Shown: positions 45,507-57,628 of the stretch, one piece after another
Position numbering within the stretch: the first letter of the stretch is position 1
Layout of the letters: each line of letters starts with the position of its first letter
NCBI GenBank assembly: GCA_023435305.1
Contig: JAEYRV010000053.1
Coordinates: 64,762-128,761 of the forward strand
Source: Bacillota bacterium
GTDB lineage: Bacteria; Bacillota; Clostridia; Acetivibrionales; DTU013
Length of the DNA: 64,000 bases
Reading direction: 5' to 3'
Translations under genes and position numbers: made by a program
Notes under the pieces: generated by a model
Seen by the model: the letters and a program-made list of their open reading frames with translations, nothing else
Told to the model about the DNA's origin: nothing
Databases searched by the model: none

Positions 45507-48506
45507 ATGGAAGAACGGTATCCGTTCAAATATGATGCTTTCATAAGCTACAGGCACTGTGAGCCTGACAAGAGTGTCGCCGACAGACTCCACAGGATGC
45601 TGGAAGGCTTCAGGATCCCGAAGTCGATAGCGAAGACCTGCGGGCGGAAGCAAATAAAGCGTGTCTTCAGAGACAGGGAGGAACTCCCTACCTCATCAAA
45701 CCTTGCCGGTAATATTACCGAAGCACTGAAGGACTCGGAGTTCCTGATAGTGATCTGCTCTCCAAGGACACCTGAGTCTCAGTGGGTCTTAAAGGAAATA
45801 GAAGATTTCAAGGCGATCCATGGTCATAACAAGGTACTTGCCCTTTTGATCGAAGGCGAACCAGGAGAGTCATTCCCTGAGCAGCTTTGCTATGTAAAGA
45901 GCAAGGATGTGTACGGGGATGGGAGCGGGGCGGAAGAAGTAATACAGGTTGAACCGCTTGCTGCAGATATCAGGGCATCTTCGGAAAAGGAGATGTTCAA
46001 AAAGCTCAGGACAGAAATGCTTCGCCTGCTTGCTCCAATGCTGAACTGCGGGTATGACGATCTGAGGCAGCGCCACAGGGAGCGAAGGATAAAAGCCATA
46101 TTAACGGCTTCAATATCGGTTTCGGCATTTTTCATTGCCTTTGGGGCCTTCAGCATGTATCAGTCAATGGTAATCAGCAAGCAAAATCATGAAATCAGCA
46201 AAAAAAATGAAGAAATAGTTGTACAGATCGAAAAAACGCAGATAAGCCAGTCAAGATATCTTGCTGATATTTCATCCAGACTTTTGAAAGAGGGAGACCG
46301 CTACAGAGCGATCCTGGTAGCCCGTGAAGCTCTGCCGAAGGATCTGGACAACAAGGACAGGCCCTATGTAGAAGAGGCGGAATATGCGCTTGCCCGAGCG
46401 CTGGGAGTCTATGAGATCGATACGATGTACGACATGGACATGGTCCTGGATCACAACAAACCAGTCAGCTACATCGAGCTGAGTCCGGACAGTAAAACAC
46501 TGCTGACATTGTCAGGTGACGGCTATTCACGTATGTGGAATGTGGAGGACGGCAAATGTATAGGTGAGTATTTCACTAATCATTCATCACTGTTCAGCGG
46601 CGATACGATTGAGTTTATTGACAACGGTACAATTGTTTCGGGTAACTACGAAAATATCACTTGTTTCGATATAGAGGGGAATTTAAAGTGGCAGAGGGAG
46701 TTCATAGCAACAAAGATAAGTGTTTCAGGGAACAGAGTTGCCGTTTTGTCATCAAGAGATATTATGGTACTGGATGCATCCACCGGTGATACTATCGTTG
46801 AAATCGACCTGGAAAGTCATATGGACTTCACGGACTTCAGCAGCTTTATAAGCAGTATCAGTTTCAGTGCTGACGGCGGCATGATAGGCATAGGCAGCAA
46901 CTTTGGCAAGGCATTTGTGTTTGAAACAGAGACCGGAAAAATGCTTGAATCATACAGTACTGGCCTGCAGTTTGTGTCAGATCTGGCCTTTTCACCTGAG
47001 GGATACATTGCGGTGGCTTCAACTGAGGGTACTGATGATCTGCTTGGGAGAGGGAACGGTATGCTGGATGTCTATTCGACCCAGGGGGGAGAACCCGGTA
47101 TTTCAATAGCATTCACACATGCGGCAGTTGATAATGTGCAATTTTCTTCTTTTGACACAAATATGATAATTTTAACGGAAGGGGAAAAATTGAATGTTTG
47201 TGATATCAGCAGCGGAAAGGTAGTATATTCCTTTATAAGCGGAGACAATATTACTGACTACGAAGTATATGACGGCTTTATTGTCACATCCTCCAATGAT
47301 GGGACGATAAGATTCTGCTTCATGAAAAACAGCGGGTACGAAAGCGAATGGCACAGGATCACCCGCCCTGAGCCGATAACAGGCATGGAAATCGGCAACG
47401 GCAGTATAGCTATAACATGTCAGTTATCAAAAAAGGTATACATAATGAATGTATTATTCAATGACAATACCATAAAGCTTGCAGATCATAATGACTCTAT
47501 CTCCAGAGCGGATTTTTCTCCTGATGGCAGTATGTCTGTGAGCGCAGGGAATGATAGTGAACTGGTGCTTTGCAGTTTATCTGATAAAAAGATTGTTAAT
47601 TCTGTTTCTCTCGACAGCAGCATAAAAGACTGCAGATTTGTAAAAAACGACAGGATAATTGTAGTTCTTTCAGATGGAGGAGTCATGCTTCTGGACAATG
47701 ATCTGCAGACCATAAAGGAAGAGACTACGGAAAGCATATCATGGGTAAGCTATGGCCCTGATGACACAGCTTTTGCCATATGCTGCGGCAAACAGGTAAC
47801 AGTGTTTTCTTCAGATGACCTCAGGACGATCGCGTCCGTTGAAGCCGGATATTCGGCCTCATGCTCATTTTCTTCCGATAATAAGCTTATGCTTTCCGAC
47901 CGCAACGGCATAGCCAAGCTTGTCGATCTCAATACCGGTCTGGAGACATTGCTGGGCGATGATGCAGGTATGGTCACAGGTGCGGTAAGCGGTGACGGAA
48001 CGAAATATGCATTGGCCTGGGATGATAAAACAATTAAGCTTTACGATACCGTGGACAGAAATAAGGAACCCGTTATTATGAAGGGCGCTGTCAATGATGC
48101 TGTCACACTGATTTTCAGTCCAGACTCCAAATTGCTGTTTGCCGGCTATGACGACTATGGAATCGAAATATTCAACTGCCAGGACGGAAGCCTGCTGACT
48201 GCCATTAGCTCTGATTTCTTCGGGAGCGGTCTGGGAAGAGTCATATTCAGCAGGGATGGCAGCCGTATTGCATGTATCGATAAATCAAAGTACGCTGTTA
48301 TTATGGATTCATCTTCGTATAAAATACTTGCACGGGTATCGATAGCAGATATAGACAGTAATTTTGAAAAAATATTGTCCTACTGGAGCTCGGAGCTGTT
48401 CCTTGCTCCGGTCTATACTACGCAAATGCTTCTGGATGAGGCTGATAAGCAGCTAAATGGCAGGACACTCACTGAGAGAGAAAAGATAGAGATGTTTATA
48501 GAATAG
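45507..48506 (+). CDS. TIR domain, single TM helix and WD40/PD40-like beta-propeller repeat protein
   Basis: 999 aa. The N-terminal TIR_2-like domain is YDAFISYRHCEPDKSVADRL…RDREELP…FLIVICSPRTPESQWVLKEIEDF. A basic stretch, RQRHRERRIK, is followed by the TM helix AILTASISVSAFFIAFGAFSMY (about nt 46095-46160). There are 10 or more propeller-blade-like repeats (SPDSKTLLTLSGDGYSRMWNVEDG, FSPDGSMSVSAGND, FSPDSKLLFAGYDD, FSRDGSRIACIDKS…). Confidence 0.85.
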   Translation: MEERYPFKYDAFISYRHCEPDKSVADRLHRMLEGFRIPKSIAKTCGRKQIKRVFRDREELPTSSNLAGNITEALKDSEFLIVICSPRTPESQWVLKEIEDFKAIHGHNKVLALLIEGEPGESFPEQLCYVKSKDVYGDGSGAEEVIQVEPLAADIRASSEKEMFKKLRTEMLRLLAPMLNCGYDDLRQRHRERRIKAILTASISVSAFFIAFGAFSMYQSMVISKQNHEISKKNEEIVVQIEKTQISQSRYLADISSRLLKEGDRYRAILVAREALPKDLDNKDRPYVEEAEYALARALGVYEIDTMYDMDMVLDHNKPVSYIELSPDSKTLLTLSGDGYSRMWNVEDGKCIGEYFTNHSSLFSGDTIEFIDNGTIVSGNYENITCFDIEGNLKWQREFIATKISVSGNRVAVLSSRDIMVLDASTGDTIVEIDLESHMDFTDFSSFISSISFSADGGMIGIGSNFGKAFVFETETGKMLESYSTGLQFVSDLAFSPEGYIAVASTEGTDDLLGRGNGMLDVYSTQGGEPGISIAFTHAAVDNVQFSSFDTNMIILTEGEKLNVCDISSGKVVYSFISGDNITDYEVYDGFIVTSSNDGTIRFCFMKNSGYESEWHRITRPEPITGMEIGNGSIAITCQLSKKVYIMNVLFNDNTIKLADHNDSISRADFSPDGSMSVSAGNDSELVLCSLSDKKIVNSVSLDSSIKDCRFVKNDRIIVVLSDGGVMLLDNDLQTIKEETTESISWVSYGPDDTAFAICCGKQVTVFSSDDLRTIASVEAGYSASCSFSSDNKLMLSDRNGIAKLVDLNTGLETLLGDDAGMVTGAVSGDGTKYALAWDDKTIKLYDTVDRNKEPVIMKGAVNDAVTLIFSPDSKLLFAGYDDYGIEIFNCQDGSLLTAISSDFFGSGLGRVIFSRDGSRIACIDKSKYAVIMDSSSYKILARVSIADIDSNFEKILSYWSSELFLAPVYTTQMLLDEADKQLNGRTLTEREKIEMFIE

Positions 48507-48526
48507 CGTTTTGAGGAGGTAGTAAC

Positions 48527-49516
48527 ATGAGTAAAACTATTGTCAACTGGGGAGTGATCGGGTGTGCCGAGATCGCTGAAAAATCTGTGATCCCCGGAAT
48601 ACTTGCCGCAGAGAATGCCAGATTGTACGCTGTCTCAAGCAGGTCGGCGGGAAGCAGGCTGGATGATTTCCGGGACAGGTTCAGCCCTGTCAAAGCCTAT
48701 ACAAGCTATGAAGAGCTATTGGAAGACCCGGAGATAGATGCCGTTTACATTCCTCTTCCGAATTCGCTCCATTATGAATGGACACTGAAGGCTGCTGAAA
48801 GTAAAAAGCATATATTGTGTGAAAAGCCTCTCGGGATCAACGCTGAAGAGGTAAAAGCCATGAAGGCGGCCGCGGATAAAAACGGTGTATTATTAATGGA
48901 AGCCTTCGCTTACCGTCACAGTCCTCTGACCAGGAAAGTGAAGGAGCTTGTGGATGCCGGCACAATAGGTAAAATCAAATTTATGGAATCACATTTCAGC
49001 TTCATTCTGAACAACCCGGCGAATGTAAGGCTTGTTTCGGAGCTTGGAGGAGGAGCGACCTATGATATCGGATGCTACAATCTGAACATCATCAGATATA
49101 TCATCGGTTCAGAACCCACCAGGATCACGGCCTCCGGGGAGGTGGATCACAGGACCGGAGTCGATATGAGCAGCTGTATCATGCTTGAGTTTGAGGGCGG
49201 GGTAAAGGCTGTATCATATTGCTCATTTGCATGCTCCCCCAGAGTAGAATACACCATTGTAGGCGAGGCCGGCTATATTCATGTTCCTGTTGTGTTTAAT
49301 GCAGCCGGGGACAACACTATTAAAATCGTCCGGAATGACGGAAAAGAAGAGATAGTCATAGACTGTCCCCACAATTATATGCTGGAGGTAGAGCAGTTCG
49401 GAAGGTGCATACTAAACGGGGAAAAACCGTTGATCACCTATGAGGAATCACTCGGCAACGCAAAAACTATCGACTCGGTACTGGAACAAATCGTTCCTCC
49501 TGCGGAGATGAAATAG
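48527..49516 (+). CDS. Gfo/Idh/MocA family oxidoreductase
   Basis: 329 aa. It has an N-terminal Rossmann motif NWGVIGCAEIAEK and the EKP motif (ILCEKPLG). GAGGAGG lies 20 bp after the upstream stop. Confidence 0.88.
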   Translation: MSKTIVNWGVIGCAEIAEKSVIPGILAAENARLYAVSSRSAGSRLDDFRDRFSPVKAYTSYEELLEDPEIDAVYIPLPNSLHYEWTLKAAESKKHILCEKPLGINAEEVKAMKAAADKNGVLLMEAFAYRHSPLTRKVKELVDAGTIGKIKFMESHFSFILNNPANVRLVSELGGGATYDIGCYNLNIIRYIIGSEPTRITASGEVDHRTGVDMSSCIMLEFEGGVKAVSYCSFACSPRVEYTIVGEAGYIHVPVVFNAAGDNTIKIVRNDGKEEIVIDCPHNYMLEVEQFGRCILNGEKPLITYEESLGNAKTIDSVLEQIVPPAEMK

Positions 49517-49741
49517 TTTGATCTGCTAATCATGCCTGGGCGAACCTTGTCTGGCGAATCTTGTCGTAATTTTTAAAAGTACTTGATATAACGACTGCTA
49601 ATTGATAGAATTGTATTATATAAATATGGTGAAATGGTAAAATTTCAATAGAGTATTGTAATATACACTTATATGTTGCTGCATGACCCCAAGGTTTTAC
49701 TTATATACAGCTCACTATGTTGCCACTAAATACATTATGAA

Positions 49742-51928
<2,187 letters not shown>

Positions 51929-51947
51929 CAGCGGCGATAATTGTTGT

Positions 51948-51977
51948 AAGGCACCTGCTATACAGGTGCCTTATTTT
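51948..51977 (+). terminator. Rho-independent terminator
   Basis: AAGGCACCTG-ctata-CAGGTGCCTT, then ATTTT. Confidence 0.8.
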
Positions 51978-52076
51978 AACATAACCAGCAATATAGGTGA
52001 GGATGAGGATTTTTACAGCATTGTTTCATATATACAGCTTTTTGTGATATTATATTAATCGGGAGATGGTTATCCG

Positions 52077-52946
52077 TTGATAGAAATTTTGAATGGACTG
52101 CACGAAACTGTTGATTACCGCGGAGATTTCAAAATCAGGCTGTATATGAACAAGGAGTCTGAGGATTACCCGCGGCACTGGCACACTGATGCCGAGGTCA
52201 TACTGCCGGTCGACAATTCCTATAGGGTCGTCATGGATGACAACATATATGATCTGAACGTCAACGACATCATGATCATACCTCCGGGCGAGCTGCATCA
52301 GATATATTCTCCGTCCAGCGGCTGCAGGATAATATTGCAGTTTGACTGTACGCTGCTTTACAGCCTTAAAGGGTTCAGTACGGCTTTTAACATGTTTCAC
52401 CCTTGTATTGTAGTTACACCCGCCTCAATGCATAATATACATTCAGAGTTGGTCTCGCTGATAATGAATATGGCATCTGAATATTTTACGAGCCAGCCTT
52501 TTAAGGAAGCCCTTGTATACTCGATGCTGATCAGGTTTTTCTCCATTATAGGGCGAAATTGTATTAAAACGGAGGAGAACTTTACAAATATAAAGAATCA
52601 GAAGCAGGTGGAATATATCAAGCTTTTTGTAAAGGTATGCAACTATATGAACCGGCATTGCACTGAAAACATCAAGGTAGAGGACATAGCCAATATAGCC
52701 GGTTTCAGCAAATTTCACTTCGCCCGTCTTTTCAAGCAGGTCATGAACATGTCGTGGTATGATTACCTGATCAACAGAAGGATCATGCAGGCCGAGAAGC
52801 TTTTGGCCGATCATGATCTATCCATAATGCAGGTAGCGATGAAATCCGGTTTCAGCAGTCTTGCTACGTTTAACCGCGTGTTCAGAGCGAAAAAAAGCTG
52901 TACTCCATCAGAATATAAAGCGCAATATGGAAAATCATACAAATAA
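52077..52946 (+). CDS. AraC family transcriptional regulator (cupin sensor plus HTH)
   Basis: 289 aa with a TTG start. The C-terminal dual HTH is IANIAGFSKFHFARLFKQ…MQVAMKSGFSSLATFNRVFRAKKSCTPSEYK. Confidence 0.88.
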   Translation: MIEILNGLHETVDYRGDFKIRLYMNKESEDYPRHWHTDAEVILPVDNSYRVVMDDNIYDLNVNDIMIIPPGELHQIYSPSSGCRIILQFDCTLLYSLKGFSTAFNMFHPCIVVTPASMHNIHSELVSLIMNMASEYFTSQPFKEALVYSMLIRFFSIIGRNCIKTEENFTNIKNQKQVEYIKLFVKVCNYMNRHCTENIKVEDIANIAGFSKFHFARLFKQVMNMSWYDYLINRRIMQAEKLLADHDLSIMQVAMKSGFSSLATFNRVFRAKKSCTPSEYKAQYGKSYK

Positions 52947-53290
52947 TTTGTTGGTTTGTGTAAATTAATGATATGAGTTATGAATATATCAAATATTGCT
53001 ATTTATTTAGTGGCATATAACAGCCGATATGAGAGAATATATAATAAGCAGATAGGAAATGTATAAATATTGATGAATAAATGTGTTGTATTTTATTAAC
53101 ATTTTCACTAAAAAAAATAGTGATTTTTAATTAAAATTTAGCAAAAGGTTATAGAAATCATCAGTAAATATACATAAAACTAGCAATATTTGATAAATAG
53201 ATAGCAATATACAAGAAGCACAGTATATAAATATGTTATATAATTTTCATGCAGTAGTAAGTTTATACATATATTAAAAGGAGGGAAACC

Positions 53291-54727
53291 ATGAAAAGAA
53301 TTTTGGCAACTATTCTCGCGTGCACGCTCCTCGTTACTATGCTGTTAACAGGCTGCGGCAAGACAGTAAACCCACCCGTAACTCCGGACGCTCCGGCAAC
53401 AACTGACCAACCCGCAACAGGGGACAAACCGGTTGACACAGCTCCTCCGGCTACAGATGTAGCTGACGATCCGAGCATAAAGACAGTCAACCTGTGGACA
53501 TTCACAGATGAAATCCCGAAGATGATGGACAAGTTTAAGGAAATCAATCCTGATTTCTCACTCGAAATCAAACCGACCATCATTGCAACTACTGACGGTG
53601 CATACCAGCCCGCACTCGACCAGGCTCTGGCAGGCGGCGGCGCAGACGCTCCGGACATGTATGCAGCAGAGAGCGCATTCGTTCTGAAATATACACAGGG
53701 CGACGCTTACAAATTTGCAGCAGCATACAAGGATCTCGGTATTGACGTTGACAAGCTCCTCAAAGAGTCTGCAATCGCTCAGTACACAGTTGATATCGGA
53801 ACTAATCCGAATGGTCAGCTCGTAGGTCTCGGATACCAGGCAACCGGCGGTGCTTTCATTTATCGTCGTTCACTGGCAAAAGACACTTGGGGAACTGATG
53901 ACCCGGCAACTGTTACCGGCAAGATCGGTCCCGGCTGGGATAAGTTCTTCGCAGCAGCAGCTGAACTGAAAGCTAAGGGTTACGCTATCATCTCTGGTGA
54001 CGGTGACCTCTGGCACGCAGTTGAAGGCGCTTCTGACAAGGGTTGGATCGTTGACGGCAAGCTCTTTATCGATCCTTCACGTGAAGCATTCCTTGATTAT
54101 TCAAAGACTATCAAAGACAATGGTTGGAGCAATGATACTCAGGACTGGACAGATGCTTGGTATGCTGACATGAAAGATGCCAGCGCACAGAAAGTATTCG
54201 GATTCTTTGGTCCTGCTTGGCTCATCAACTACGTTATGGCTGGTAACTCCGGCGGAACTAAGATCGGTGAAGGCACATACGGCGACTGGGCAGTTGCTGA
54301 ACCTCCGGTTGGCTTCTTCTGGGGCGGCACATGGGTAATGGGCAACAAGGATACCAAGATCAAGAAGTCAGTCGGCGACATAATCGAGTGGATCACTCTT
54401 GACAGCTCTGAAACTGGTCTCCAGTACTTCTGGGCAAACGGAACACTTAATGGACCTGGCGGCACAAAGGATACAGTTGCTTCCGGTACAGTAATGTCCA
54501 AGTCTGACGGTAAAGTTGACTTCCTCGGCGGACAGAATATGTTTGACGTATTCGTTCCTGCTGGCGAGTTTGCAACCGGTAAGAACAAGACTCAGTACGA
54601 CGAAACTATCAATTCTCACTGGCGTAACCAGGTACGTGAGTACTCCAATGGTAACAAGAGCCGTGATCAGGCGATAGCTGACTTCAAGCAGTTGATAATA
54701 GACAACCTTGATATCGTAGTCGAGTAA
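53291..54727 (+). CDS. Carbohydrate ABC transporter substrate-binding lipoprotein
   Basis: 478 aa with the lipobox LLTGCGK and a Pro/Thr/Asp linker. Its size and position upstream of two CUT1-type permeases fit this call. Confidence 0.85.
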   Translation: MKRILATILACTLLVTMLLTGCGKTVNPPVTPDAPATTDQPATGDKPVDTAPPATDVADDPSIKTVNLWTFTDEIPKMMDKFKEINPDFSLEIKPTIIATTDGAYQPALDQALAGGGADAPDMYAAESAFVLKYTQGDAYKFAAAYKDLGIDVDKLLKESAIAQYTVDIGTNPNGQLVGLGYQATGGAFIYRRSLAKDTWGTDDPATVTGKIGPGWDKFFAAAAELKAKGYAIISGDGDLWHAVEGASDKGWIVDGKLFIDPSREAFLDYSKTIKDNGWSNDTQDWTDAWYADMKDASAQKVFGFFGPAWLINYVMAGNSGGTKIGEGTYGDWAVAEPPVGFFWGGTWVMGNKDTKIKKSVGDIIEWITLDSSETGLQYFWANGTLNGPGGTKDTVASGTVMSKSDGKVDFLGGQNMFDVFVPAGEFATGKNKTQYDETINSHWRNQVREYSNGNKSRDQAIADFKQLIIDNLDIVVE

Positions 54728-54740
54728 GAATAATGTTAGC

Positions 54741-54778
54741 AAGGGCGGGCGGATGCCTTTCCGACCCGCCCAAATTTT
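54741..54778 (+). terminator. Hairpin or attenuating terminator after the binding-protein gene
   Basis: GGGCGGGCGG, a loop, CCGACCCGCCC, then AAATTTT. The stem is imperfect. Confidence 0.45.
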
Positions 54779-54826
54779 ATGTAAAAAACAAATTTGAACT
54801 AACGCTTTACCCGGAGGTGAATTCTT

Positions 54827-55777
54827 ATGCGACGCAAGAGCGTTAGCTACGCTAAATATGGATATATCTTTTCAGCACCATTTATACTTGCGTTCCTGAT
54901 ATTTTCCCTTTACCCGATTATATACACTGCCATAATTGGGTTCACAGACCTTAAGGGTTTGGGAAAGACAGATTTTAAGTTTCTGGAGAATCCTTTCCAG
55001 AATTTCTCGACAATATTCAAAAATCCATCTTTTCAGGTGTCAATAACTAATACGGCAATTATGTGGATCATCAACTTTATACCACAGATTGTGCTAGCTC
55101 TCCTGCTCACTGCTTGGTTCACCAGCACACGCCACAAAGTAAAGGGACAGGGGTTGTTTAAAGTTCTGTTTTACATGCCCAATATCATAACAGCAGCGAC
55201 GATAGCAATACTCTTCAACTCGCTTTTCGGATATCCTATGAGCCCTATGAATGATATCCTGCAAAAGCTGGGTCTGATAGATGCTCCTATAAACTTTATG
55301 CTCCAGAAGTGGACTACGAGAGGCATCATTTCGTTCATACAATTCTGGCAGTGGTATGGATACACGATGATAGTACTGATATCGGGAGTATTGGGAATCA
55401 ATCCCGAGCTCTTCGAAGCCTCTGAGATAGATGGCGCAACAAGGTCGCAGACGTTTTTCTTTATAACGCTGCCATGCTTAAGGACAATATTGCTGTTCAC
55501 ATTGGTCACAAGCTTGATAGGTGGTCTGCAGATGTTCGATATACCAAGGCTGTTGAACCTTGGAGGACCGGACAATTCAACGCTTACCACGAGTGTGTTC
55601 ATTTACAATCAGGCATTCTCGGGAAGCTATTTGTATAACCGTGCTGCAGCAGCAAGTATGATCATGTTTGTCGTGATATCAGCACTTTCTGGTTTGCTCT
55701 TCTATTCCATGAGGGATAAATATGCAGCCAAGATCAAGAAGCTTGAGAAAAAAGCGCAAAGGAGGGCGGCAGCATGA
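54827..55777 (+). CDS. Carbohydrate ABC transporter permease (MalF/UgpA-like)
   Basis: 316 aa with 6 TM segments. The EAA-loop region is EASEIDGATRSQTFFFITLP. Confidence 0.9.
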   Translation: MRRKSVSYAKYGYIFSAPFILAFLIFSLYPIIYTAIIGFTDLKGLGKTDFKFLENPFQNFSTIFKNPSFQVSITNTAIMWIINFIPQIVLALLLTAWFTSTRHKVKGQGLFKVLFYMPNIITAATIAILFNSLFGYPMSPMNDILQKLGLIDAPINFMLQKWTTRGIISFIQFWQWYGYTMIVLISGVLGINPELFEASEIDGATRSQTFFFITLPCLRTILLFTLVTSLIGGLQMFDIPRLLNLGGPDNSTLTTSVFIYNQAFSGSYLYNRAAAASMIMFVVISALSGLLFYSMRDKYAAKIKKLEKKAQRRAAA

Positions 55778-56625
55778 GTAAGCGTAAAACAGATGTATCA
55801 CAATATACATTGAAAATAGTGATTTATGTTGTATGTATAATACTGTCAATACTGAGCATACTGCCGTTCTGGATAATGCTCATGAACGCTACCAGAGGTA
55901 CGTTCGAGATACAGCAGAGCGCTATTTCGCTGATACCAGGCACAAGATTGCTTGATAACTTCGCAGTACTGGCCGGCAAGACCTTTGACCCGATAAAAGG
56001 TTTCTTTAACTCTCTGATAATCTCTTCCGGTGCAACGATTGCTACAGTATATTTTTCAGCTCTTACAGCATTTGCATTGGTTGCATATGACTGGAGAATG
56101 CGTAAACCGTTCTTTACTTTCATAATGGCAGTTTTAATGATTCCTGCACAGGTTTCAGGTATTGGTTTTTATCAGTTCATGTACCGTTTGCACTGGACCA
56201 ACAGCTTTTTACCGCTGATTCTTCCGGCTATTGCGGCACCTGCGACTGTATTCTTTATGAGACAGTACCTGCTGGCCACACTTTCAATGGATGTTGTCAA
56301 TTCTGCAAGAATAGATGGCGCCGGCGAATTCTACACATTCAATGCAATAATCATGCCTATAGCAAAACCTGCTATAGCAACACAAGCCATTTTCTCATTC
56401 GTGGGAAACTGGAACAACTTCTTTATGCCGCTGATCCTGTTGACTGATAACAGCAAGTATACAATGCCTATAATGGTCAGTCTTCTCAGAGGCGATATTT
56501 ACAAGACAGAGTACGGCTCAATTTATTTGGCATTATCATTGACAGTGCTTCCGCTGTTCGTTATATATTTCCTGCTTTCGAAATATATTATCGCCGGTGT
56601 AGCATTAGGCAGTATCAAGGAATAA
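55774..56625 (+). CDS. Carbohydrate ABC transporter permease (MalG/UgpE-like)
   Basis: 283 aa with an ATGA overlap with the previous gene. The EAA-loop is NSARIDGAGEFYTFNAIIMP. Confidence 0.9.
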   Translation: MSKRKTDVSQYTLKIVIYVVCIILSILSILPFWIMLMNATRGTFEIQQSAISLIPGTRLLDNFAVLAGKTFDPIKGFFNSLIISSGATIATVYFSALTAFALVAYDWRMRKPFFTFIMAVLMIPAQVSGIGFYQFMYRLHWTNSFLPLILPAIAAPATVFFMRQYLLATLSMDVVNSARIDGAGEFYTFNAIIMPIAKPAIATQAIFSFVGNWNNFFMPLILLTDNSKYTMPIMVSLLRGDIYKTEYGSIYLALSLTVLPLFVIYFLLSKYIIAGVALGSIKE

Positions 56626-56689
56626 AATATACGATACTGAGCCCGGATGACAGCTCAAGTACATAATAGAAAGTAAGAGTATGCAACAA

Positions 56690-56731
56690 AAAGGCCTCCT
56701 GTCAAGCAAAATAGCAGGAGGCTGATTTTTT
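56690..56731 (+). terminator. Rho-independent terminator
   Basis: GCCTCCTG, a loop, CAGGAGGC, then TGATTTTTT. Confidence 0.75.
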
Positions 56732-56854
56732 CCATTCCATACAGCCCTATTTCATGTTTAAAAAACATTATCAGGGGAATATATTCACTGTTGCGGGCTT
56801 AGACTGCAGCAAAAATTTATACTTAATATATATCATTATAAAGGAGAGGTCGTT

Positions 56855-57388
56855 ATGAACTTAAAAGGAACCAAAACTGAAAAAAATTTAAGGGACGCTT
56901 TTGCAGGCGAATCTCAGGCAAGAAATAAGTATACATATTTTGCTTCCGTAGCAAAAAAAGAAGGATATGAGCAGATCGCTGCCATATTTGAAGCAACTGC
57001 AAACAATGAAAAAGAGCATGCAAAGCTTTGGTTCAAAGCTCTGGGCGAATTAGGCGATACTGCAGCAAACCTTCTTCATGCAGCAGAGGGCGAAAACTAC
57101 GAGTGGACCGATATGTATGAAAGATTCGCAAAGGATGCCGAGGAAGAAGGCTTCAAGGCATTGGCCGCCCAGTTCAGGATGGTTGCTATGATCGAAAAGT
57201 CGCATGAAGAGAGATATCGTGCACTTCTTAATAATGTTGATATGAAGGCAGTATTCGAAAAATCCGAACAAACCATGTGGGAATGCAGGAACTGCGGGCA
57301 TCTCGTAATGGGCAAGAAAGCTCCGGAAATATGCCCCGTATGCGCACACCCCAAGAGCTACTTCGAAGTAAGAAAAGAAAATTATTAA
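56855..57388 (+). CDS. rbr: Rubrerythrin
   Basis: 177 aa. It has a ferritin-like di-iron domain (…[12 protein letters not shown]…EKEHAKLW…) plus a C-terminal rubredoxin-type CRNCGH…CPVCAHPK. Confidence 0.9.
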   Translation: MNLKGTKTEKNLRDAFAGESQARNKYTYFASVAKKEGYEQIAAIFEATANNEKEHAKLWFKALGELGDTAANLLHAAEGENYEWTDMYERFAKDAEEEGFKALAAQFRMVAMIEKSHEERYRALLNNVDMKAVFEKSEQTMWECRNCGHLVMGKKAPEICPVCAHPKSYFEVRKENY

Positions 57389-57399
57389 TTTGTTTGTAT

Positions 57400-57514
57400 C
57401 GGGGTCAGGCTTGAATTTTAGTTGGGGGTCAGGCTTGAAATATTCCTTTATTCATATAATGAATAAAGGAATATTTCAAGCCTGACCCCCTAATAAAATT
57501 CAAGCCTGACCCCG
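57400..57514. repeat. Nested double palindrome of the GGGGTCAGGCTTG element family
   Basis: The outer arms are CGGGGTCAGGCTTGAATTTTA and TAAAATTCAAGCCTGACCCCG. They enclose the inner arms GGGGGTCAGGCTTGAAATATTCCTTTATTCA and TGAATAAAGGAATATTTCAAGCCTGACCCCC. Confidence 0.95.
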
Positions 57515-57628
57515 TTTTACCGTTTTAGACTATTTACAATAGTTTGCCCACATGCTCTTAGTATAAATATAGTATGGTATAATTTGCATGAATACTTTAC
57601 TTTATTTATACAAAGGGGGTCTGTCAAG

